Part shown: piece after piece, positions 32,068-42,954 of the stretch
How the letters are laid out: every line of letters starts with the position of its first letter
Numbering within the stretch: the stretch's first letter is position 1
Assembly: GCA_020536535.1 (NCBI GenBank)
Contig: JAHLWZ010000805.1
Coordinates: forward strand, 1 to 64,000
Direction: 5' to 3'
DNA: 64,000 nucleotides
DNA from: Pelomyxa schiedti
Lineage: Eukaryota; Protista; Evosea
The notes under the pieces: model-generated
What the model was told of the DNA's origin: nothing
Seen by the model: only the letters and a program-made list of their open reading frames with translations
The model's database searches: none
Translations under genes and position numbers: made by a program

Positions 32068-33021
32068 TCAGACAGAGCAGGGCCATTCCTTTTCAGTGAT
32101 GCATCCTCTTGTGGTGGTGTGTGCTGTTGCCTGTGTGGTGATTGTTATTGGGACTGCGGCTTCGGTTGGGCTTGGGCTGCTGGCTGTTGTTATCATGCCC
32201 GCTTTTGGTGTTGTAGCAGTGTTTGGGACCGCGGCTCCTGATGTTGTGGTAGTGAATACTGTTGGCACTGCCGCGAAACTGTGATGGTGATGATTGGGGC
32301 TCGGACTGAGGCTTTGGGTGTATGTTGTGATTGTGGTTGTAATCAGAGACATCATTGCGGTCACGGTAATCATCATCGTCATAATAATGGTAGCGGCGGG
32401 GATAATGGTCCCGGCGTGGGCTCCTGCTGTTACTGCGGTTGTGGGGTCAGTGTCATGTTGTAATGGTGGCTGGGACTGTGGAGGTGTGGTGGGAATGGTG
32501 CAAGAAGCGGTGGTGGTGAAGCATAACAAGAAGAGGGTTGAGGCTGTGGGGGTGCAAGAAGAAGAATGTTGGACTTGATAAGCTGTTGCACCATGTTGGG
32601 AATTGTGTCCGTTCTGATTGTCATTGTGCCGCCGCAGGGGTATTCGTAGCCCTCCGCCAACGAAGAGTACTTGGTTATTCTCCGAACCCTGGCAGTGGAT
32701 TAGATCCGCTTAAATTATCTGCCATTCTCTTCTCCCCATACCTTGTGTGTACTACAGCTGAGCTCAACGGGACCTTGCTGGATACCACGAACGGGAAATG
32801 AGAGGGGTCGTCCAAGTTGCACCTGATGAGAAATACTGCTCCCTCTCCTCCTCTGGCAGAAGAGGTGGAGTGTTTTGCATACTAGTGGTTGCCGCACTTG
32901 GTGGCGCAGCGCAAGCCATTTCCTTGACGCCCTCAATGCTGTCATAGTAGGCGAGAGATTCGTTCCTCAACGCGGTTTCGAAACACCCCTCCTTGTGGCG
33001 GGAGACCGTTGCTGCCTCCAT
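32068..33021 (-). pseudogene. Probable decayed gene remnant (fragmented frames, Thr/His/Pro-rich tail)
   Basis: CpG-rich 5' part at 32900-33020 (MEAATVSRHK...), then overlapping short minus-strand ORFs in changing frames without intron signals. Confidence 0.3.
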
Positions 33022-33057
33022 CCTTCAGATCAGCTGGGAAGTCAAGAATAAGGTTTC

Positions 33058-34374
33058 TCAAAGTTCCAACGACATGACAATGCCGGGTCTCTGTTGTTGT
33101 TGTTGTTGTTGTTGGGGAGGTGGGTGAGAGGAGATGGGATGTGATCGTGATCGTGATTGGCACCACCATACCTTCCTTGGATCGTGGTCACAGCATGCAC
33201 CACAAACCAATTCGATTGGCATGTATGTAGAAAACTCGAGAGGGAGCTTGGCAAGAATTACATTCCTGTACCAACTCTTCTTGTCTGTGTAGTGGCCACT
33301 CCATGGAATCTTCCGAGACCAAATCTCCAATTTGGGTAGGAGGGTGTCAGGGAAGATATAACTCCATTTGGGGAAAACCACTGTGAGAACTCTGAACTCA
33401 GAGAGTGCATCCAAAACCACAATAGTGCTCTTGAGCACTTGTTATGACACGGAATGACTCCGCCACGGTTACACGGTTATCCGGTTCAGGAAATCGAACA
33501 GCTTTCAGTGCCTTGGATGGTCCTGTGCTGTCCTCCTTACAATCCCACACTTCATAATCAGGTTCACCTTCATCAGCACCACTGTAGCAAACGATGAACT
33601 TGGAACCAGCCAACCAAGACAGCTGAATTTCTGCTGTAGAAGAAGAAGAAGTGGGAAGCACTTGCTTTTTCCCACTGTCTGCCACCTTCCAAACTTGCCA
33701 CAACAACATCTCATCTGGGTTAGGATCAGAGCTCTTTGGGTGGACTTGAGCAACAAAAACTCCACTGCCAGATTGCTGGTTACTCCCCTTGATGTGAAAG
33801 GCATTTTCCACCCATTGCCCCTCGTCAATGTTGCAGAGCGAGGAGATTATAACAACAAGGCTCCTCGTTGAGTATGTCAATCAGCACAAAGATGGCGGTG
33901 TGTGGCTGGGGGGCCAGAACCAGGATAAGCTCATCTTCGGCCGCGCTATTGCATGCCACCATGAAGAAGCTGTCGTCCGAGGCGATGCACGGCAGCGGGA
34001 TAGCGGCAACACCACCCGGCTGCCCCCATCAAGTGTCGTTATTGCGGCCACACCGCACCGCCCACCTCCTGTTGCCACAGTGGCCCTTGCCAAAGTATCC
34101 GGGCTCCCGCACATTGCCATCGCCGCCACCGCCCGCGTCTGGGGGCGCCCGACGAGCCCGAGCAGCGAGGGCGGCACGCCGAACAGCGCGTGCGCGGTGC
34201 CCCTGTAGCCGTCCAGGTCGACGACCACACGCGCAGCTGGGTCGCCAGGACGCGCGACCACACCAGCCACGCCACCGTGCTGGGCCCGCCGCTGTCACCG
34301 ACGACGCCGCACGAGGTCGCCCAGGCCCACGGCGTGCCCACGCGGGCCCAAGTTGACTTCGATGTCGGGAACAC
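33058..34374 (-). pseudogene. Intronless, disrupted member of a probable lineage-expanded family
   Basis: Colinear ORF fragments 34039-34374, 33881-34270, 33398-33880 and 33058-33438, joined by a frameshift near 34240, an in-frame TGA at 33881-33883 and a frameshift near 33440. Protein-like segments EPDYEVWDC...VAESFRVI...IVVLDALSEFRVLTV. Confidence 0.5.
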
Positions 34375-35370
34375 AGACGTTCATTGTTCAGTCAGGTGAT
34401 CTGTGAAAAGGCTGTGTTTCAGACCCAGAGTGGGTTCCAAGCTGTTATCACTGAGTGGGGTGATAATAAAACAGGAATGTACCTGGATGTAGATTGTGTA
34501 GGCAGGTTGGGCTTACAAAAGTGAGAACAAGCCAATGTGGAGTGATCTGAAACTCCAACCAGAAGGAGGTCAAGGTTGGGATGAATGCTCAGAATGTGTA
34601 ATGGTGGCTGTGATGCATTCCGAGATTTTTCTCCCTTGTGGGATTTCCCTGTTAAAATGGCACATGGGGGAACTGAGGCAGTGGTGTTGCATTGCCAAGT
34701 GAGGAAAACTACTGTGGTGCTGTGGATAAGTGGTGACTGAAAGTTGTGTTGTTGTATTTGATTTGATATTAGGGGGAAGTCAGGCAGCCCTGTTAAGTGT
34801 TCTTGTACCCAAAAGCTGTTAAGAGAACACTACATCAACTTAAGCACAATAAGACATGATGCCCTGAAAACCCTGCAAACCAAGTGCAACCACAATGCAC
34901 TCAAACTTCATCTCAGCTTGTTCAACCACCCCCTCAAACAGCCCCCCACCTGCTCTCCTCTGTGCTCCCCCTGTGATACAAATTGTTCTGTCACTAGTTT
35001 TCTTCCAGTGCCAACCACATCTTCAACTACATCTTACAAGTCAATTATTTGTTTTTAAGTTTACACTTTGCTAGCTGGTGGTACCATCACAACTGAGTAC
35101 ACTGCCTTTGCTTTGAAGCATGCAATCAATTCTTGTTGATGAATTTGCACAAGGTTACCAAAACAAAGTGCATAACTTTGAGGACAGAAAAAAAAAATCA
35201 TTGCACACCCTGTGAATGGGAAAGAAAATGCAATATAAGGTGGCACTGTGCTCCAAAACATCTCTTAATTGCTGCCAGCAGGGAATCCTCCTCTTCCATC
35301 TCCACAAAGGCAGCAACTCCATAGGTAAACCACTCTCTTTGATTGGCACGTTAACCTGCTAAACAACAAA

Positions 35371-35396
35371 AACTTTATTTCCATGGAAATAAAGTT
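35371..35396. repeat. Perfect 26-bp palindrome
   Basis: AACTTTATTTCCA|TGGAAATAAAGTT with no spacer. Confidence 0.9.
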
Positions 35397-35898
35397 CTAA
35401 GACTTTGAATTTTTCAAAGGTGAGGGATCTAGAAGTGCACTATATATACCTTGGCACAAGAAGGGGAAAAAAATACACCACTGTCCTTCTGCAAACAGAT
35501 GGTGCCCTCTGATGCTGCAGAAGACACTATTTCTATCTTTGTGGGTCTCATGGTAGTTGATAAGAGTCAGGTCCTCTCTGTTGGTTACCCTCTTTCACTT
35601 GTGACCCAGTATGCAATTGTCTAATCAAATGGTGCTGGTCCAACCTAACCTTCATATGTTGATAAATTTCTGTTTTGAAGGTGGTCTAGAAGTGTGCTCC
35701 AGGATACTCAGCTCCACCATTGCTTATATGTCTACAGTTGCTGGTCATGTTCCCTTTCTTCAGCACCATACATAATCTCTTCAATCTCGAAAAGTCGGGA
35801 TCTGTAGAGCAGTTGCTACGGGAAATCAAGATTCGGGTAGCGAGGAAAATTAATTAGTGCCTAATTATTCGTCGCAATAAGCACGAAACCGTACGGCA

Positions 35899-38800
35899 AT
35901 GTCGACAGCGTACGACTGTAACGAATGGGACAACAAAGGCAGTACAGCAACGGACGTCGCATCTACTTCCATTTCGTCGCTGTGCGGCGGCGATCGCGAC
36001 GCCGCCCCCCGTGCCGTTGCCGAAGACACGGCGAGAGATCTCGCTGCCGACGCCCTTGAAGCGGAGATAAAGCGGTGCTGCGGTGCGGAGAGCACGACGG
36101 CGATCGCGAGCTACGGCCTGTGCGTAGCGTCGCCGACGGGGAAGCACGTAGCCGCTGTGGTTGAAGGCTCGAAGGTTTGCTCATATTGTGGTTTGGTGAT
36201 TGACGACTGTCAACTCACCAGTACCTGCGAGTTGGTCATGCACCAAGGTGTGCTGTGGCGCGTCATTTTATCATACAATAATAAAGAGGTGGACGTGGAC
36301 AGCGTGCTGACTTCTCCCCCCCCCCCCATTCTAGGGAAAGCTGTGCCTACTGGGCACTTGGTTGATAGCAGAGGGGCCGTGTACCGTCAGCATAATAAAA
36401 TACATAGTGAAGCACAAAATGCCTTACGCAATGAGGTATCGAAATTTCCGATTCCCTCACTTAAATTCTTAATGGAAATGGTTCAGGAAGTTTTGAGGAA
36501 AATAGTGGAATCTGTAACAACAGACTTCCATCTTCCAACTAAGCTTGTTTCTGAGATATTGGCAAAAGCACGGCTACTTAAAGACCGTATTTAAGTACAT
36601 ACGAGAAGCCATTTCTAAATTGTGGCAGGTAATGTTTGGCGCAATGGCGAGGCTGGAAAAGAAATAGTGGCGGCCCTTATCTACATATTCGGAAGGCAAA
36701 AAAAAGATGGGTTCCAAATGTTTACTGTCAATCAAGTTGCTGTACGCCAAATCAGTTCAGCCAATACACTACTTATGTTAAAACAGGTAAGAACCGGCCT
36801 TTCTCCAGATGCCATTGGCAAGGCTTACCGAAGCTGTGTGCTTGAACTAGACATGGTTGTCCCGCCACTTGATCTCCGAGCTCTACTTTCGCGGTGTGTA
36901 AAGGAAGTCAAGCCTGATTACCGTGCGAGTAAATCAACACCTGAAAAAACCGTCAATAAGGTTTTTCACCAGCACTTTCCCACTTTCAATCTCAAAATGG
37001 AAAAGGCAATGGCGTTGATTGAGTTCCTTCGACACTACGAGTTAATGAATGATGTGAAACCGCCTGTACTTGCTGCAGCTGCTTTGCACCTTGTGCTAGA
37101 AGCAGAAGACGTTGCGTACATTCAGGGTAGTGAGGCCCCTAGTGCAGAGAGCCAGCATCAAATTAATGCAGACCCTCAGCACCAATACAATGCTGATCCC
37201 CAGCATCAAAGCAAAACTGATCGTCAACCAAACAAGGAGATCCAGCCCAGACAGCCAATTAGTCCTTTCATTTGTCAGGCGTTTTTGGTTACACCAGGGC
37301 CAGTAGAGAAACAGTGTGTTTATTTGCACCTTTAATTATCTAACAAGCCCAAGGGTGCGTGACATTCTAAGAATTCTACTTGATGCTGCTCAGAAGGCTC
37401 CATTTGCCTCTCATTGGTCTTTAAAAGATGCCCGCTCAAGTTTGCCTTACCTCCTTGAAGTAAGTGCCTCACTCCTAAGGCCCGATTTTAATAAGTTGAG
37501 TAGAATCTTGGGTTAATACAGCTGATCTGTGATCACGCTCTGAGTTCACAGAGTTTTCATATTGCATCACAAGAATGCAGTGAGAGTCAAAATACATTGC
37601 CTCCCGCCAGTCTACCAGTTCAAGAATCAACTGCGAACTCTGCTTCATCAAATTTCGAGCAGGTACAATCGAAATCTGAAGTGGAGGAAAAAGAGGTCTT
37701 CTGCAATAGCTTGCAACCTGGAGTGGAGTCCCTTCAATCAACCATCCTTAAACCCGTGCCGTACTTCGTCTATCAACCTGAAAGAGCCAGTTTACCAACC
37801 AAGTCTGTGTTCAAGAAAGATAGAAGAAGATCGATGAGGAAATTAACAGGCCGTACCGGCGGGAAGGAGAGCGACTACCAGATTAACTATACCACCGTGG
37901 CAGAGACCATACCGCCACCTCCAGTAGTGGAGAGCAGTTCCACCACTCTCTCCCTTCCTGACAATCAAGTGTCCGCGACTCAAACACCTCAACACTTTAA
38001 TTCCTTCCAAAGCATAATCCCAACAATACAGAGCAAGTCACAGAAATCTACCCCTGCTGATTCTTCATTATTTCCCTCTCTCTCTGATTCAGTCTCGAGC
38101 CCATCAGGGTCCTCCCAGTCAGGCCCAGCCACACCTTCATCTTTCATGAGCACACCCTCATTACCTCCATGTACTCCATCCGATTCTATTTATTCACCTC
38201 TGGCAAAGTCAATAGCAGTAAGCCCCTCATTGGACACCACATATCCAATCACACCATCATCGGCATCGCTGATCACTCCTGCTGCATCCCCCATGACACC
38301 TTCGGTGCAATTCCTGTCAGGAAACCCGTTCGATCCCTCATTAAGCCTGTTGGCACCAGTCCAAAGGCAACTTCTTGTGGCACCTCACTTTGAAGGAACT
38401 GCCCAGCTACCAAGATCATTTATCAAGCAACAAAAAGCTACAGCCCGTCTTGCATATAAAATCGAGCAGGCAGCTAAACGCATTGAGATAGCTAACAGGC
38501 CCTCCGCTACTTTGTCCATGAAAAGCCTGCAACCACAAGGATTTGAAGCGCTTGATGAGATGCCTTCTCAGATCCCCGACCTCAGTGAGGAGGAAGCCGA
38601 CCTGTTCTGCAACATAGATAACGAGGACGTAGCAATAGAGACACTATTACACTGGGGCTGCCCTCCTGAGAAGATTCTATGTGGACACCTTGAATCACTA
38701 CTGGCCGAACAGCGTGATCACGCCGGCGGCTACTCCTCTGACGACGAGGAAGTGAGCGCTTGTGTTAAGCAAGTGGAGGGACATGCCGGAGTCTGCCAAC

Positions 38801-38970
38801 AAATGTACGCCTATAACGACCTGGAGCCTGTTGCCGGCAGAAAGAGGTCCTGTGCCTGTGGACCCAAGCCCACCTTGCCCAAGGAAACTGAACCCAAGCG
38901 AAGCAAGGTCAATTTGGACAAACTTTTGGAACTGGAGTTGGCAAAAGAGCTGCAAAGCCAGAGCTGGTGA
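35899..38970 (+). CDS. TFIIB-related factor, BRF2/PTF2-like (Pol III initiation factor family)
   Basis: Zn ribbon C-x7-H...VCSYCGLV; cyclin-fold motifs IVAALIYIFGR, IGKAYRS...PPLD, KPPVLAAAALHL; C-terminal KIEQAAKRI and NEDVAIETLLHWG..EKILCGHLESLL. Confidence 0.75.
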
Positions 38971-39431
38971 GTTGGGTGTCAGCAGGGAAAAAAAAAGAAC
39001 CCCCACTGGTGAAGCCTTATCTGGACTGGCTTTCTACATACAGGACTTTGTGATTGATGTATACTACTACTGCCTCTACTAACCTATTGGTGGGAGGGTG
39101 TTAAAAAGACTTGCACTTGTTAGTGCACTAGTCCACACCTCAACCATACATAGAATACCAAAAGGGGGAAAATTAAACCTTTCCCCCTTACACTCTCACA
39201 AACAAAAACTCATCATGCAAAAAGGGTGCAACTGGCCTCAATTGGGCCACTTGGCCAAAATTACCAACTAAGGTCCGCAACGTTGCGAACGTAAAAAAAG
39301 AGAAAATAAAACAAAGCAACAAAAAAATAACCGATCTTCTTCTAGATCTTCCGATGCCAAAAAAACCTTCATCACGCTTTAAAATCTGTAGCGTATTTCC
39401 ACAAAATAAAAAGTAACCACGTTGACGTGAC

Positions 39432-41701
39432 ATGGTGCGGTCTTCCGTAATTGTCGGCTTTTGTCGTTTTGACGGGGTTTAACAGGAGAAGAAGGCTCTC
39501 AAACTTAAGTCAAAGACTGACGCGGTGAAGACCCTGTTCAACTTGTATGTTGCTAGTTCTAAGTGGCGGAGGCGGTTAATGTGTGACTCCCTTTTCTTTT
39601 AGACCCTCCACCGAGAGTGTCATCCAAGACTACAGATGTTACTTGAAAGGGTTTATGACTGTCGGGCGCATGTCTATCACCCAAAATTACATTTTGTGGA
39701 AGAGCAAGCTATCTGCTGCTCAGGTTGAATAATGAAAAACCGCACGTGGTCTGAAAAGGTCTCATTAGGAAAGTATCCATTTTACCAAGGTGAAGCAAAT
39801 TGTACAAGAGACAGCGTTCTTTAAAACTATTGTCATACAGACAGATTCTAGTGCTGTAATAACATTCTTTCATCTTTTTCCCTACTAATAATAAATCCTT
39901 CAGTACACATTCAATGGGTTTATGCACTACCAAGAGACGTTATATCTTCTTCTTTATTTGTGGAAACATCCCGTGTCTTATGTGACAATGGATAACATTC
40001 CGGACCCTACAGTCACAGCAAAGCCTGTGTGATACCTAGCGTTTACGAATTTTGTAACCTGAAACTAGGCAAAGCCAAAAAGAGATGCAGATGATCTTTT
40101 GTCGGGTGGCGGATATTCTGGCACGGGCAGGTAATATCAGAATCTCAGTAGAAAACTTACTTGCATAGGACTTCTACAACCACGTCTGTTTCAGCAGGTT
40201 ATGATGGAGAAGAGGACCAGTTACTGGACGTAGAGGTTGTGTGTCTTTTTGGTCTAGGCAATACTAAATTCCTGAAGGTTGATGTGGGTGCTTCCAAGGA
40301 GGCATTAAGACGAGCCTTAGAATGTAGGGATATATCAGAGGCAACAATGGCAGAACTCGCCTTACAAGGAGGTTCCTATAGATAGCGCAATCACCCACGT
40401 TTCACCTTAAAAAAGAGGTCCTTGACGTGATGGAGCACGATGTGGAAAAAATACACCACGATTTGGACAAAGGTGAAAGACATATCAGGGGTTGTGAGTC
40501 AATTGGTGGTACTATCAAGAATAAAGTCACACACGTTTCGAGAGGGGCTCATAAAGACATGCACTATATAGATAGAACGGTACCTTCTTCTTTTCCTAGA
40601 CATTGAATAACATAGCATTGAAAAGATACAAGTTGCTGAGAAAGTCGTAATTGAAGAGATTGACATACTGCAGAAGCTAACAAATGACGATTGTGTGTTC
40701 TCTTCACGCAAATTGCCTCTTACCAAAATAACAACTAGTCATTCCTGCTGTTTTACATTTGGAACCTGAGGGATTTTCTTTGCTTCCTGCACAGCATTCA
40801 TTGCCAGCCACTGCCACGCCAACTCCAGCAACCACAACTTCAACAGCATCCTCACCACCACCTGATAAGTCAAAACCAGCAGACAAGTCTAAGTCTACAG
40901 CTGCATCGACTACACCTGCTAAACCAAAGTTGACTCCATATGATACCATTCACCAAATAGTGGTTCGTGCCAGACCCCAGCACGTTGATATAAGGCAGTT
41001 TCTGTTATCATCTCTGATTGAATTAATTTTCTCTCCAGATTCCCTGCTAATAAAGGCGAGCGCATGAGAATGATGACATCGTACTTTTTTGTTAAAAAAA
41101 AAAAACTATTTTCTAATGAAATTTAGTTACATGCAGTGGGTTCTATGTGAATTTCACAAACGAGCTCCGACTGCACTGATAGTGTGTTTTTTCCCCTCGA
41201 GACATTTTCGCAACCTTCCAACTAGGTATTTGAACCCAATGCCCCTCGGTTTGAATATGAAGATCCCCACCTCCTGGAACGATGTGCCACCAACAGGTAA
41301 CGTTACTTCCCCAACGTTTACCAAGTAACTTTCCTTCAGGAAGACCAAGTCTGGTGCGGCTGGGGCCGTTACTGCCAAGGTATTACTTCCCACGTGTTTT
41401 TCCTCACACCCACGAGCCTTAGGGTGTTGACCCATTGATCAAGAGCGCCCCATCACACCTCCAAGCCGCCCTTCTTGAACAAGACCGAGATTTGGATGAA
41501 ATCACCGATGTGATAGGCGATTTGCACGGAATGGCCAGTGCCATGGTTGGTCCTCACCGGCTCCTACATATTCTTACCCCTTTTGTCTAGACAGGAACAA
41601 TAGACGACCAAATCACACAGATTGAGCGCGTCACCAAACGAGCAGAACAAGCCAACGAAAGAATGAATGTACAAGGGCAACGCATCGATGGGATGTTGTA
41701 A
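39432..41701 (+). CDS. GRAM-domain + SNAP-25-like (Qbc) SNARE protein
   Basis: Spliced N-terminus LFNLPSTESVIQDYRCYLKG..VGRMSITQNYILWKS (GRAM); SNARE 1 SKEALRRALECRDISEATMAELALQGEVLDVMEHDVEKIHHDL; SNARE 2 QDRDLDEITDVIGDLHGMASAMTGTIDDQITQIERV...RIDGML*. No TM anchor. Confidence 0.8.
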
Positions 41702-41802
41702 ATGAAAGGATCCACGCTGATGTACCCACTAGTTTTAGCGCCTGTGCCGCAGACCGTTTTTTTTTTAATTTGTTAAACCATTCAACATACCAACACCAAA
41801 AA

Positions 41803-42827
41803 ATGTTTAACACAAACCGTTCCACGGCCCATTTGATTTCTAGTTTGAAGGCTGAAGGGCTGTTAAAGACTCCTTCTGTTGAAAATGTCATGCTGTCCAT
41901 TGGTTGTGGTGAAGTCGTTGTAATAAGAGCAATAAAAAGGGGGGTGACTATTTAATTCATTTGTTTGACGTATTGACGCAGACAGGGCCAAGTATACGAG
42001 ACCAGGGACAATGGAATCGGCCTATGGAGACCACCCAGTGAGTATAGGTGACTTTTTTTTTTTTTTTTGTTTCATTGACATATGGTAACAGGATGTGGAC
42101 AGACTATCAGTGCACCCCACATGCATGCGATGTGTTTGGAGCTTCTGCTTCCTGTCATTGGCCCGGATGCTAAGTAACGGATTACTGGCTGTTGTGGTGG
42201 CTTACTTACTCCCGACTGATAAAGGATTCTTGATGTGGGGTCAGGTTCTGGTTACCTTTCTGTGGCACTCTCCCTCTTGGCAGGAAAAGGGTCTAAAGTA
42301 ACAGGAATTGAAAGACACAATGAACTACTTCTTTGGAGGTTCTTGCTTTTTCCTGTCCGTATCTGTGCAGTAACTAACATGTCATTCTCTAGTATCAACA
42401 ATGTAAAAAGTGACCACCCAGAACTACTGGAAACTGGCGCTCTAGAGCTGAAAAGTATGCCCTGTAAAATCTAAAACACTAACAGCTCCTACAGTTGGGG
42501 ATGGCTGGAAAGGTGAACCCGAAAAAGGTCCCTTTGATGCTATACATGTTGGTGCCGCGGCTGCCAGTTGCATCACCCCAAATCTTAGCTTGCATTAATC
42601 AAAAAAAACAGCCGTACCACAAGCACTTGTAGACCAACTCAAACCTGGTGGCAGAATGATAATCCCGGTACTCTTCTCCCACGTTCTTCATACAATTTAG
42701 ATGGTGCGACGAAATAAAGGTGGGGGACTGGGACCAGCACCTCTATCGGATAGACAAAGAACTAGACGGTACCGTGAAGCAGCACAGAATCCTCGGTGTC
42801 AGATATGTACCGCTGGTGATGGACTAG
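41803..42827 (+). CDS. PCMT1: Protein-L-isoaspartate(D-aspartate) O-methyltransferase, 8 exons
   Basis: Fully spliceable with 7 GT-AG introns: IDRAKY, AYGDHP, QTISAPHMHA, ILDVGSGSGYL, GDGWKG..GPFDAIHVGAAA, LVDQLKPGGRMIIPV, VRYVPLV. Confidence 0.95.
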
Positions 42828-42954
42828 TTGGGGATTTTTTCCCTACTTTGACAGCTCCATGTTCTGAAGAAAAAAATGGCGCCAAAAAAATAGCATATTG
42901 CTTTCTGTATTTATTTGCTGTGTATAAATTTATACTGCATTTTTCTTATTTGGG

